DNA of 64,000 nt from Mucilaginibacter sp. (GTDB lineage: Bacteria; Bacteroidota; Bacteroidia; Sphingobacteriales; Sphingobacteriaceae), in the NCBI GenBank assembly GCA_030445275.1, contig JAUCSE010000066.1:10336-74335 (forward strand), written 5' to 3'. A program made the translations under genes and the position numbers. Below are positions 9,175-18,634 of this stretch, piece by piece. The stretch's first letter is position 1, and every line of letters starts with the position of its first letter. The notes under the pieces were generated by a model. The model searched no databases. It worked only from the letters and a program-made list of their open reading frames with translations, and had not been told where the DNA came from.

Positions 9175-11895
9175 ATGATGAGATTAAAAAAAATATCTTT
9201 TGGCTTATTTCTAGCTGTAACTATTACAGCAATTTTTGGTTTTACAGGTCCGGGCGATGATCTGTTAAGTAAACTGGTCGATCAGCTTTATAAATGGCGG
9301 GCCCTGCATCCACAGGAAAAAGTTTACCTGCACCTTGATAAACCCTACTACTCCGTTGGCGACAATATTTGGTTTAAGGCTTATGTAACTATTGACAAAC
9401 ACCAGTTATCGGCTTATAGCGAGATATTGAATGTTGACCTGATAGATGAGAAAGATTCTGTAAAACGGAGTCTTAAACTTCCTTTAACAAGCGGATTAGC
9501 CGCCGGCGATTTTGCATTGCCTGACACCATGCAAGAAGGCAATTACCGCATAAGAGCCTATACCAACTGGATGCGAAACGCCGGTGAAGCTTATTTCTTT
9601 GATAAAACCATTACTATAGTTAATGGCATAAACGGCATTGTTTATACCAAAACCGCCTGTACATACAGCAATCAAAACGGGAAACAAAAAATAGATGCAA
9701 TTATTAATTTTACCGACGTAAGAGGCCTACCCTATACCGGTAACGAGGTGAGTTACCGGGTTGAACTTAACGATAAAAATATTTTTAAAGGCAAAGGCGT
9801 TACTGATGATAAAGGCAATTTAGATGCTGGCTTTGTTTATTCCAATCCTAATATGGCGGCTTCGGGTCATATTACAGCCAGCATAAAACTTGCCGATAAA
9901 AGGGTAATAACCAAAACCATACCTATAAAGGCCGTGTCAAACAAGGTTGATGTGCAGTTTTTTCCGGAGAGCGGTAGCCTGGTAAACGGGATTAACTCAA
10001 AAGTGGCCTTTAAAGCGCTAGCAGCCGATGGTTTGGGCACCGACGTAAAGGGCAATATTGTTGACGGCCAGAACAACATAGTTACGGCGTTTAACAGTAC
10101 ACACCTGGGTATGGGTGTATTTAACCTGAAACCCGAAAGCGGTAAAACCTACAAAGCACATGTTGTTTACGCCGATGGCTCCGAAGGTGACTTTGATATC
10201 CCTAAAGCAGTTGATAACGCCTACGTTCTGGATATTGATAACTCGATAGATGATGATCTGGCTGTAAGAATACTACCCGGACCAGCTCTATCACGAAGCG
10301 GAACACCCGCAGGAGGCCTTGTCCTTGTGGCTCAAAGCGGCGGCGAGATTTACTATGCTGGTAAAAGCTCCGATGATGGTAAAACATTTACGGCTGTGAT
10401 CCCCAAAAGCAAATTCCCATCAGGCATTGTGCAATTCACACTGTTTTCGGCAGCGGGCGAGCCGTTGAATGAACGTCTGGTATTTATTCAAAATCCGGAC
10501 CAGCTTAAGCTTTCAGTATCGGCTGATAAGCAGAAATATGCCCCGCGCGAAAAAGTAACGATCAGTCTTAAAGCCAAAAACAAAGACAATCAACCTGTTA
10601 TTGGTAGTTTCTCAACCTCGGTTCTTGATTTGACAAAAGTACCGGTTGATGAAACAGCAGAAGAAAGCATCTTCTCCAACATACTGCTCACCTCTGATCT
10701 GAAAGGATATATTGAAAAACCAGGTTATTATTTTGCCAACGAAAGCACAAAAACAAAGGCCGATCTGGATGTTTTGATGTTAACACAAGGCTATCGCCGC
10801 TTTGAGTGGAAACAGCTTATCAGCGATTCATTTCCGCCGATAGTTTATCAACCGGAAAAAACATTGGAAGTATCGGGTCATTTAAAAACCTTTGGTGGCA
10901 AACCTGTTGCTAATGGCAAAGTAACTTTATTCACTACATCTGGCGGTACTTTTGTATTGGATACTGTATCAGATGCTAATGGAAAATTCACTTTTAAAAA
11001 CTTACTTTTCGCGGATAGCATCAAATTTATAGTTCAGGCCCGCACCGCAAAAGATCGTAAAAATATTGACATCGAGCTGGATAACATAGCCCCACAAACT
11101 GTAGGGAAAAATAAAAATGCCCCCGATATACAGGTTAGTATTAACAATGGGCTTTCTACTTATCTTCAAAGCAGTAAAAACTTGTTTAATGAGCAGGTAA
11201 AGTATGGTATTGGTAACCATACCATACTGTTAAAAGAGGTGGTAATTAAAGATACAAAAACAACAGCTGTAAAACATTCTGCTAATTTAAATGGCGCAGG
11301 TAATGCCGATCAGGTACTTACTTATAAGGACCTGGAAAATATGGGTGGTGGTCAGCTTTCCAATATGTTACAGGGCCGACTTGTGGGTGTAATGTTTCGT
11401 GGAGATATTCCGTACTCTACCCGGGGCGGCGGAGCCATGCAGTTAATGGTTGACGGCATGTATATGGACGCGACATTTTTAAACAATATAACCCCATCTG
11501 ATGTTGCCAGCATTGAAGTGTTGCGAAGTGTTAGTTACACGGCAATATATGGCTCCCGTGGCGGAGGCGGTTTAATAGTGATCACCACCAAAAGAGGCGA
11601 TGAAGGCGCTGTTTATAATCGTTATGCGCCCGGTATAGTAACCTACGCACCCAAAGGTTATTACAAAGCACGCGAGTTTTATTCGCCGCAATATGATGAT
11701 CCTAAAACAAACGCTCAGATGCAGGATTTACGGTCAACCATTTACTGGAGACCCAATATAGTGACTGATAAAGATGGTAATGCCTCTCTATCATTCTTTA
11801 ATGCTGATGGCAAGGGGACTTACCGAGTTATTATTGAGGGGATTGATAGCCAAGGCAATCTGGGCAGGCAGGTTTATAGGTATAGTGTGGAGTAA
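9175..11895 (+). CDS. large secreted or outer-membrane protein with MG2/CarboxypepD_reg-like repeats and a C-terminal TonB-plug-like segment
   Basis: 906 aa with a signal peptide. KVYLHLDKPYYSVGDNIWFKAYV is MG2-like. VSGHLKTFGGKPVANGKVTLF...DANGKFTFKNL is CarboxypepD_reg-like. IEVLRSVSYTAIYGSRGGGGLIVITTKRG is plug-like. No room for a 22-strand barrel after it. Confidence 0.6.
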   Translation: MMRLKKISFGLFLAVTITAIFGFTGPGDDLLSKLVDQLYKWRALHPQEKVYLHLDKPYYSVGDNIWFKAYVTIDKHQLSAYSEILNVDLIDEKDSVKRSLKLPLTSGLAAGDFALPDTMQEGNYRIRAYTNWMRNAGEAYFFDKTITIVNGINGIVYTKTACTYSNQNGKQKIDAIINFTDVRGLPYTGNEVSYRVELNDKNIFKGKGVTDDKGNLDAGFVYSNPNMAASGHITASIKLADKRVITKTIPIKAVSNKVDVQFFPESGSLVNGINSKVAFKALAADGLGTDVKGNIVDGQNNIVTAFNSTHLGMGVFNLKPESGKTYKAHVVYADGSEGDFDIPKAVDNAYVLDIDNSIDDDLAVRILPGPALSRSGTPAGGLVLVAQSGGEIYYAGKSSDDGKTFTAVIPKSKFPSGIVQFTLFSAAGEPLNERLVFIQNPDQLKLSVSADKQKYAPREKVTISLKAKNKDNQPVIGSFSTSVLDLTKVPVDETAEESIFSNILLTSDLKGYIEKPGYYFANESTKTKADLDVLMLTQGYRRFEWKQLISDSFPPIVYQPEKTLEVSGHLKTFGGKPVANGKVTLFTTSGGTFVLDTVSDANGKFTFKNLLFADSIKFIVQARTAKDRKNIDIELDNIAPQTVGKNKNAPDIQVSINNGLSTYLQSSKNLFNEQVKYGIGNHTILLKEVVIKDTKTTAVKHSANLNGAGNADQVLTYKDLENMGGGQLSNMLQGRLVGVMFRGDIPYSTRGGGAMQLMVDGMYMDATFLNNITPSDVASIEVLRSVSYTAIYGSRGGGGLIVITTKRGDEGAVYNRYAPGIVTYAPKGYYKAREFYSPQYDDPKTNAQMQDLRSTIYWRPNIVTDKDGNASLSFFNADGKGTYRVIIEGIDSQGNLGRQVYRYSVE

Positions 11896-11914
11896 TTTAA
11901 AATATCTATAATCT

Positions 11915-12012
11915 ATGTCATTGCGAGGCACGAAGCAATCTCACCTTGTCAAGTAACAACCTCTTCTTGCGCAATTTGCATGATGAGATTGCTTCGTGCC
12001 TCGCAATGACAT
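11915..12012. repeat. family-1 palindromic intergenic element, copy 2
   Basis: ATGTCATTGCGAGGCACGAAGCAATCTCA and its exact reverse complement form a 29-bp perfect stem around a 40-nt centre that differs from the other copies. Confidence 0.85.
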
Positions 12013-12047
12013 ATTTGTGTAGTTTTTTTGCTTAAAATCTTTTGAAT

Positions 12048-12917
12048 TTATTTAGCCAGGTAAAATTTCTCCCAGAAATCAACTGATTTTGACATTTCGC
12101 CACCGGCAGCTCCCATGCCACCACCAGCTCCGCCGCGACCGCCTTTGCCACCACGACCACCTCCCCCACCGCCGCCGCCGCCACGACCGCCTCTACCACC
12201 GCCACCGCCACCACCACCAAAGCCACCGCTCTGATGATCAGGATTTTCAGCACCGTCGCCTTTGGGTCTTTGCAACCCGTTTATTTTAAAGTTAAAGGCC
12301 CACTCATTTTTAGTAATATCATCGGCATGAAAAAAACTCAAAGGTATGGCCAATTCATAAGCCAGGTTACCTTGAGCATCATAATCAATAGCGGCTTTAA
12401 TACCGTAGGTGTTTGAGGTGGTTATCATATCGCCCTCAATATCTTTAAACCCTTCTACTTTGATGTTCCGGAGTTTGGTTACGCGTTCACGCATCAACTC
12501 CTCACGGTCTTCCTTTGTAATTTCGGCGTTTTCATCTTTACGTTTTCCAAAGTCAGGAGGCGATCCAGGATCGGCAAGCGGAAAGGTAATAGCAAAGCTT
12601 TCCTTTTTTTTACCCTTGGTATCAATACTCAAAGTAATACCTGCATTTAGGGTTTTCATCTGGTTCATCCTATCGTCAATACGGATGGCAGCATACAGTG
12701 TGGTTTTATCATTAGACAGCGCGTAATGAATCTTTTTTTCATCATTGTAATAACGCAGACTGTCGCCCCAGTCTTTCAGATCGCCATCAACATTAATAAC
12801 AGTTGATGGGGTTTGAAGTGTTGTTTGGTCGTTTCTTTTAGTTTGTGCATTAGCCACACTAATTACAAACAAAGGAGCTGTAAATGCGAAAATAAAGTAA
12901 GGAGAAGCCTTTTTCAT
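12048..12917 (-). CDS. secreted protein with Gly/Arg-rich (RGG-like) C-terminal tail
   Basis: 289 aa. Signal peptide (FVISVANAQ), a roughly 200-aa globular part, then GGFGGGGGGGGRGGRGGGGGGGGGRGGKGGRGGAGGGMGAAGGE and a short hydrophobic end (FWEKFYLAK). Confidence 0.6.
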   Translation of the reverse strand: MKKASPYFIFAFTAPLFVISVANAQTKRNDQTTLQTPSTVINVDGDLKDWGDSLRYYNDEKKIHYALSNDKTTLYAAIRIDDRMNQMKTLNAGITLSIDTKGKKKESFAITFPLADPGSPPDFGKRKDENAEITKEDREELMRERVTKLRNIKVEGFKDIEGDMITTSNTYGIKAAIDYDAQGNLAYELAIPLSFFHADDITKNEWAFNFKINGLQRPKGDGAENPDHQSGGFGGGGGGGGRGGRGGGGGGGGGRGGKGGRGGAGGGMGAAGGEMSKSVDFWEKFYLAK

Positions 12918-13030
12918 TTATTGATGAGTTTAGGGATTTTTAATCGGAGATATTGTAACATGATTTTTAAGTCCATTAAACACAATTTTAACATATTTAT
13001 TATTGTTTTTAAGTAAATTTGTAGTTACGT

Positions 13031-13312
13031 ATGCCAACTGAAACCCAAGAAGAAACATTTACCCTCGAAGAGTTGATGGCAGGACTTAAAGAAGTTCACC
13101 GCCTTATATTGTGGAATGATGATTTTAACACGTTTGATCATGTGATCCATTGTATGATGAAGTACCTTGACTACTCCGAGCCGCAAGCCGAAAAAATAGC
13201 CTGGAAAGTGCATAATGAAGGCAAATGTGCGGTGTTGGAAGGCTCATTTACCGAAATGGAAATTTACCGGAAAATATTGCAGCAGGAAGGGCTTACTGTT
13301 AGTGTAGAATAG
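13031..13312 (+). CDS. clpS: ATP-dependent Clp protease adaptor ClpS
   Basis: 93 aa. LILWNDDFNTFDHVIHCMMKYL...AEKIAWKVHNEGKCAV is the canonical ClpS core. Confidence 0.9.
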   Translation: MPTETQEETFTLEELMAGLKEVHRLILWNDDFNTFDHVIHCMMKYLDYSEPQAEKIAWKVHNEGKCAVLEGSFTEMEIYRKILQQEGLTVSVE

Positions 13313-13407
13313 TTTTAAGTAGTGAGTGATGAGTTTTGAGTTAATAACTTAGAATTTGAGCTTAAGATTTAGAATTTACAAATTAGGGGTTAGCATTTGA
13401 ATGATTA

Positions 13408-13974
13408 TTGGATATGATAAGAAGAATAGGGTTAATACCCGCCTTAATATTACTTGCAATTTGCTTGTCAACCTGTGCAACTAATGCACAAAGCAAAAAC
13501 CTTAAACTGATATTTATACGGCATGCCGAAAAGCCGGATGAAGGGGATAACCTATCCTGTATGGGTTTAAACAGGGCCCTAAAATTGCCCGAAGTTTTAA
13601 AGGCCAAATTCGGATTACCCGATCGTGTTTATATACCCGCCCTGCATTTAGGCAAATCGACACCCAGGGCACGCATGTTTCAAACCGTTTCGCCTTTTGC
13701 CATTAAATACAATTTAACTATAAACAGTAGCTTTGAGGAAGAAGACGCTAAAGACATAGCCAATGATTTGGAAGGAAGAAAAGGCACTATATTAATTGTA
13801 TGGGAGCATAGCCAGATCAAACCTATTCTAAAGGCATTGGGCCTTACCGTTAAAGGCCTGCAATGGCCTGATAATGATTTCGACAGTATCTGGATAGTAG
13901 ACTATAAAAAAGGCAATCCTTATTTAACCATCAGTAAAGAGGGGATAAAGCCAGCAGTAGGGTGTAGCTTTTAA
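13408..13974 (+). CDS. secreted histidine phosphatase family protein
   Basis: 188 aa. Signal peptide and a LIFIRHAEKP (RHxE) catalytic motif. Confidence 0.65.
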   Translation: MDMIRRIGLIPALILLAICLSTCATNAQSKNLKLIFIRHAEKPDEGDNLSCMGLNRALKLPEVLKAKFGLPDRVYIPALHLGKSTPRARMFQTVSPFAIKYNLTINSSFEEEDAKDIANDLEGRKGTILIVWEHSQIKPILKALGLTVKGLQWPDNDFDSIWIVDYKKGNPYLTISKEGIKPAVGCSF

Positions 13975-14003
13975 ATATAATTTATCCTTGATATTTTCCA
14001 TAA

Positions 14004-14085
14004 CGTCATTGCGAGGAACGAAGCAATCCCTAACTATACAGAGCGACTCTGCTAATCGGGGATTGCTTCGTTCCTCGCAATGACG
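14004..14085. repeat. family-1 palindromic intergenic element, copy 3
   Basis: CGTCATTGCGAGGAACGAAGCAATCCC and its reverse complement form a 27-bp stem. The centre CTATACAGAGCGACTCTGCTAAT resembles copies 1 and 4. Confidence 0.85.
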
Positions 14086-14094
14086 CGTTTTATT

Positions 14095-14138
14095 ATAAAC
14101 AAGAACGGTGCACCAATTGGTGCACCGTTCTTGTTTAT
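14095..14138. terminator. perfect 20-bp hairpin, bidirectional terminator candidate
   Basis: ATAAACAAGAACGGTGCACC-AATT-GGTGCACCGTTCTTGTTTAT. AT-rich tails on both sides. Sits 13 nt from the ilvE stop. Confidence 0.65.
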
Positions 14139-14150
14139 AATATTATTCAA

Positions 14151-15218
14151 TTACGATACCAGGTAATTCCAACCATGAGTATCAGGAGCGTTACCGTATT
14201 TTACAGCATCAAGTGTTTTTAAAACTTTTTGTGAGAACTCCCGTGTTTTCGGATCGCTTAAAAAGTATTCTTCACCATTAACACTTATTGAACCTACAGA
14301 GGCAATGGTTGCGGCTGTACCTGCACCAAATGCATCAGTAAGTTTACCATTTTTGGCACCTTCAATAATTTCGGCAACAGAAACTTTGCGTGTTTCAACA
14401 GGAACACCCCATTCTTTAGCCAAAGCAATTACCGTATCGCGGGTAACACCATCAAGTATAGTGTCTTTCGCTTCAGCGGTAATTAGTGTGCCGTCAAGCA
14501 GGAACATGGCGTTGGCAGCGCCCATTTCCTCAATGTATTTGTGCTCCTTAGCATCAGTCCATATTAACTGATCAAAGCCTTCTTCAGTGGCTTTGCGGGC
14601 TGGCAGCATGGAGCTGCCATAATTACCGGCTGCCTTTGCAAAACCCATACCACCTTCGGCTGCACGGGTATAATGTGTTTCGACTTTAACGCGCAGTGTT
14701 TTTGAAAAATACGGACCAACAGGGCCTGCAATTACCATATATTTATACGTTGCCGATGGTGTTACGCCCAAGTAAGGATCTGTAGCAAACATAAACGGCC
14801 GGATATATAAAGCATGGTTTGCTTTTGATGGCACCCAGTCGCGGTCAATATCAACAACGGCTGCCATACTTTGTAAAAATATTTCTTCGGGTAGTTGCGG
14901 CATGCACAAACGCTCGGCCGATTTATTAAAGCGGATAGCGTTTTTATCCGGGCGGAAAATAGTTACTTTCCCATCAGCATGTTTGTAGGCTTTTAAGCCT
15001 TCAAAGAATGCCTGACCGTAATGCAATGCAGAAATTGCCGGACTAAGTCCAATTTCGCCGTAGGGAATGACCTGGAGGTTTTTCCATTCACCATCAGCAT
15101 AATCGGCCACAAACATGTGGTCAGAAAATGTTTTTCCAAATGGTAAGTTGTCAAAATCCGTTTGCGATAAACGGGAATTAGTAGTCTTGGTGATTTTGAT
15201 GTCCAGCGTCTCAGTCAT
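14151..15218 (-). CDS. ilvE: branched-chain amino acid aminotransferase
   Basis: 355 aa, class IV aminotransferase pattern (FEGLKAY, YIRP, GNYGSS, TAPLDGxILxGVTR-like DTILDGVTRD). Confidence 0.9.
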   Translation of the reverse strand: MTETLDIKITKTTNSRLSQTDFDNLPFGKTFSDHMFVADYADGEWKNLQVIPYGEIGLSPAISALHYGQAFFEGLKAYKHADGKVTIFRPDKNAIRFNKSAERLCMPQLPEEIFLQSMAAVVDIDRDWVPSKANHALYIRPFMFATDPYLGVTPSATYKYMVIAGPVGPYFSKTLRVKVETHYTRAAEGGMGFAKAAGNYGSSMLPARKATEEGFDQLIWTDAKEHKYIEEMGAANAMFLLDGTLITAEAKDTILDGVTRDTVIALAKEWGVPVETRKVSVAEIIEGAKNGKLTDAFGAGTAATIASVGSISVNGEEYFLSDPKTREFSQKVLKTLDAVKYGNAPDTHGWNYLVS

Positions 15219-15438
15219 GGCCTTTATGTGTTTATAATTCTGAAAACGGCAAGTTAGGAATTTTTTTATTGAGTTGATACAAGCAATTGACAGTTAGGGT
15301 ATTTTTTGATGACAGCTGCACATTATGACAAAATATCAACGCAGAAAGAAAGCCCCAAAACATCACCCTTACTGTTGACTGGCAATGTATAAATATATTA
15401 TAAAACGCTCAATGGCCGATAAAATTATTGTTTTGTTT

Positions 15439-16866
15439 TTAACACTCAGGTAAACTGATAGGTATGTTAATAGCCAGACCCCCATCTGATGTTTCCTTGT
15501 ATTTGGAATTCATATCAAGGGCTGTTTGCCACATGGTTTTTACCACAGCATCTAAACTTACCTTAGCTTTCTCAGGATTACTTTGCAAAGCCAGTTGCGA
15601 CGCGGTTATGGCCTTAATAGCCCCCATGGTATTGCGTTCAATACAGGGAATCTGTACAAGCCCACCTATCGGATCACAGGTTAAACCTAAATGGTGCTCC
15701 ATAGCTATTTCGGCAGCCATTAGTACCTGTCGTTGTGTACCACCCAGGCATTCTGTTAAAGCAGCGGCGGCCATTGCTGATGACACCCCTATTTCGGCCT
15801 GGCAACCACCCATGGCTGCAGATATGGTTGCACCCTTTTTAAATATACTTCCTATCTCAGACGCGGTGAGTAAAAACTGAATGATCCGTTGTTCGCTGTT
15901 GCCATCACAAAAAGCAATATAGTATTGCAGTACTGCCGGTATAACCCCCGCAGCTCCGTTTGTGGGTGCAGTAACCACCCTGCCAAATGAGGCATTTTCT
16001 TCATTTACAGCCAGTGCAAAACAGCTTACCCAATCCAATATATTTTTAAACCCATCACCGGTTTGGCGTATGGCTGCAACCCACTCTTCATAATTATTAT
16101 AACTGCGATTGCCTATTAATTTACTGTTTAATTTAAAGGCTCGTCGTGCAACATTTAAACCTCCCGGCAACTGCCCGGTGGTATGGCAGCCACGATACAT
16201 ACATTCTTTTAAAGCTTTAAAAATGTTTAATACGCCTTGTCGTGTTTCCTGCTCGCTGCGCCAGGCCAGCTCGTTTTCCATCACCACTTCAGATATTTTA
16301 AGACCGGTCTTGATACACCAGTGCAACAGATCCGCAGCAGTATCAATAGGGAATGGCAAATCGACCTCTTGTTTGTTTTGGCCCGAAGCGCCATCTTTTA
16401 CCACAAAGCCACCACCAATGGAGTAATAGGTTTCAGAAATTGCTTTTCCATTCATTAAGAACGCCTGGAAGGTAACCGCATTAGGGTGAAAGGGCAGGCT
16501 TTCATTAAACAGGAACAACAGATCATCCACTACAGAAAAAGTAATATTCTGAATACCGCCAAGCTGTAATTTGTGTGTAGCGGTAATATCCCCCACTTTA
16601 GATGTTATCTGGTCAACCTCAAATGTTACGGGATCATCGCCGCTTAGGCCTAATAGTATGGCAATATCGGTACCGTGCCCTCTGCCGGTTTTGGCCAATG
16701 AACCGTACAGTAATATTTTTACCTGTTCAACAAGTGCTAATACCCCTTGCTCTTCCAGGCTTTGAACAAACTGCTGTGCAGCCCGCCACGGACCAAGTGT
16801 ATGTGAACTTGACGGCCCTATACCGATCTTGAACATATCAAATACTGAAATTTGCTCTCTTTGCAT
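15439..16866 (-). CDS. sdaA: L-serine ammonia-lyase, iron-sulfur dependent, single chain
   Basis: 475 aa. N-terminal [21 protein letters not shown] and C-terminal alpha domain with GGCQAEIG / [16 protein letters not shown]. Confidence 0.9.
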   Translation of the reverse strand: MQREQISVFDMFKIGIGPSSSHTLGPWRAAQQFVQSLEEQGVLALVEQVKILLYGSLAKTGRGHGTDIAILLGLSGDDPVTFEVDQITSKVGDITATHKLQLGGIQNITFSVVDDLLFLFNESLPFHPNAVTFQAFLMNGKAISETYYSIGGGFVVKDGASGQNKQEVDLPFPIDTAADLLHWCIKTGLKISEVVMENELAWRSEQETRQGVLNIFKALKECMYRGCHTTGQLPGGLNVARRAFKLNSKLIGNRSYNNYEEWVAAIRQTGDGFKNILDWVSCFALAVNEENASFGRVVTAPTNGAAGVIPAVLQYYIAFCDGNSEQRIIQFLLTASEIGSIFKKGATISAAMGGCQAEIGVSSAMAAAALTECLGGTQRQVLMAAEIAMEHHLGLTCDPIGGLVQIPCIERNTMGAIKAITASQLALQSNPEKAKVSLDAVVKTMWQTALDMNSKYKETSDGGLAINIPISLPEC

Positions 16867-16996
16867 CAGGTCAAAATTAAGGATAAATTGTTATTGTGGG
16901 TTGGTAATAAATATGCTATGTTTCTAAATTTTTATTTAAAAATTTTATACTTTGCATTAATTAAAAATATTAAACCACTTCTTAAACCTTAAAAAA

Positions 16997-17446
16997 ATGG
17001 AAAATTACGGATCAAATCCTTCTCTTTCCCCGATGTTCAGCGCCGGGATGATTATATTTTTTATAGTGATCTGGCTGATATGCATTGCCGGAGTTTGGAA
17101 AGTGTACACCAAGGCTGGTAAACCGGGTTGGGCCGCTATAATCCCTATATACAATTTTATTGTTTTACTTGAAATTGTTGGTAAACCCGTTTGGTGGTTC
17201 CTATTGTTGCTTATTCCGTGCGTAAATATTGTTTTTTTAGTATGGATATATAACCTGTTAAGTAAAAGCTTTGGAAAAAGCGAAGGTTTTACCGTTGGCC
17301 TTCTTCTGCTGAACCCTATATTTATGCTTATACTGGGCTATGGCGATGCTGTTTATTTAGGCCCATCAGCTGCAGAAGCAAATGCAGGTAACCTGTTTGG
17401 TTCAACAGACTACCAAAAACCTTTTGATAACGACCCGAAAGTATAA
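16997..17446 (+). CDS. small polytopic membrane protein (DUF5684-like)
   Basis: 149 aa. AGKPGWAAIIPIYNFIVLLEIVGKPVWWFLLLLIP pattern. Confidence 0.55.
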   Translation: MENYGSNPSLSPMFSAGMIIFFIVIWLICIAGVWKVYTKAGKPGWAAIIPIYNFIVLLEIVGKPVWWFLLLLIPCVNIVFLVWIYNLLSKSFGKSEGFTVGLLLLNPIFMLILGYGDAVYLGPSAAEANAGNLFGSTDYQKPFDNDPKV

Positions 17447-17782
17447 ATGACATGTGTCAATATTATATTTTGCAGCCAGTTAAACTTATTTAACTGGCTG
17501 CAAAATCATTTAATACCTTGTCCATTTAAAAAGCTAACCGGTATTGATTGCCCGGGCTGCGGCTTTCAGCGTTCAGTTATTGCCCTGCTAAAGGGTGACT
17601 TGCAGGAAAGCCTGCATCTTTATCCTGCTACTATTCCGTTTATTATAACCACGCTTTTTGTACTTTTTGATTCCAGCATACGTTTTGACAAAAAGCATAT
17701 CCTAAAAAAATCACTCTATATCATCACGGGTAATATTATACTGATCTCTTATTTAGTGAAGATCTACAGCATCTATTTGTAG
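17447..17782 (+). CDS. DUF2752-like membrane protein
   Basis: 111 aa. CPFKKLTGIDCPGCGFQRS Cys motif. Its ATG directly abuts the preceding TAA. Confidence 0.6.
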   Translation: MTCVNIIFCSQLNLFNWLQNHLIPCPFKKLTGIDCPGCGFQRSVIALLKGDLQESLHLYPATIPFIITTLFVLFDSSIRFDKKHILKKSLYIITGNIILISYLVKIYSIYL

Positions 17783-17788
17783 ATAATG

Positions 17789-18541
17789 CTAAATATGGGC
17801 TTGTGAAGTAATATGATTATAATCTTTTACAATGGTCTGTAAAAAATCAAACTCATTCATGCCCGGAGGAATACTGATAGCCAAATGATCTTTAATACGT
17901 AAGGCCATATTATAAACCACACTACTGTTTCCGGTACTCTTAAAGTTACTGATCACCTCATGAATCAATGTAATATCCGAATCGGTAAGATGACTTACTT
18001 CGGTAAAAACAGGCACGTAGTCATCTTCCGGAGAGGTAAAAAACAGATCGGCCAGTTCTGTACGAGGTTTTGTTTTAACCAGGGTGGTACCTGCTACCAT
18101 GTCCCCTATACGTTGTTTTTTATCTGATACTGCAACAGCTATAACCGCACCTATACCAAATGTTAATCCAAAATCAACCAGTCTAAAAATCCATCTTAAC
18201 AAAAACTGGCCCATAGTGGGCCTTGCACCACTAATACTCACAACCCTTATCTTTATAGCAAATTTACCGATGGTTTGTCCGTTAAAAAATATTTCGGCCA
18301 CTAGGTCATAAAAAACAAACACCAGCGAATATATAACAGCAATAACAATAAGTGCTGCTGGCAAACCTCCTCCCCGCTCAAATACACTTAAAAAGAAAAT
18401 GATACATACAAAATACAAAGCATAGGTTATACCCATAAACACACCCATATCAACTATACGGGCCAAAATACGATCGCCTAATCCGGCTACCTCATAGTCA
18501 ATATCAATATTTTGCGATGTTCTGATCTTTATTATTTCCAT
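17789..18541 (-). CDS. RDD family membrane protein
   Basis: 250 aa. N-terminal RILARIVDM segment plus TM segments typical of the RDD domain. Divergent from the MoxR operon. Confidence 0.7.
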   Translation of the reverse strand: MEIIKIRTSQNIDIDYEVAGLGDRILARIVDMGVFMGITYALYFVCIIFFLSVFERGGGLPAALIVIAVIYSLVFVFYDLVAEIFFNGQTIGKFAIKIRVVSISGARPTMGQFLLRWIFRLVDFGLTFGIGAVIAVAVSDKKQRIGDMVAGTTLVKTKPRTELADLFFTSPEDDYVPVFTEVSHLTDSDITLIHEVISNFKSTGNSSVVYNMALRIKDHLAISIPPGMNEFDFLQTIVKDYNHITSQAHI

Positions 18542-18634
18542 CTATAACAAATATATAGCACACTATTCAAATAATTTGTATGCAGAGATCAAATTTTGTT
18601 ATTATTTTAACACAAAATTATTTAACCTTATCGC

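Noticed and set aside
12032-12289. ORFs 12032-12253 (-) and 12089-12289 (+), Ala/Val-rich and His/Arg-rich
   Set aside because: Both are alternative-frame readings of the (GGN)n tract of the Gly-rich gene and are pure low-complexity artefacts.
13313-13407. Nearly C-free G/T/A-rich stretch after clpS (AGTAGTGAGTGATGAGTTTTGAGTT...TAGAATTTGAGCTTAAGATTTAGAATTT) resembling one arm of the family-3 hairpins
   Set aside because: No complementary C/A-rich partner arm lies nearby, so no hairpin can be drawn. It may be a half-element or just biased composition.
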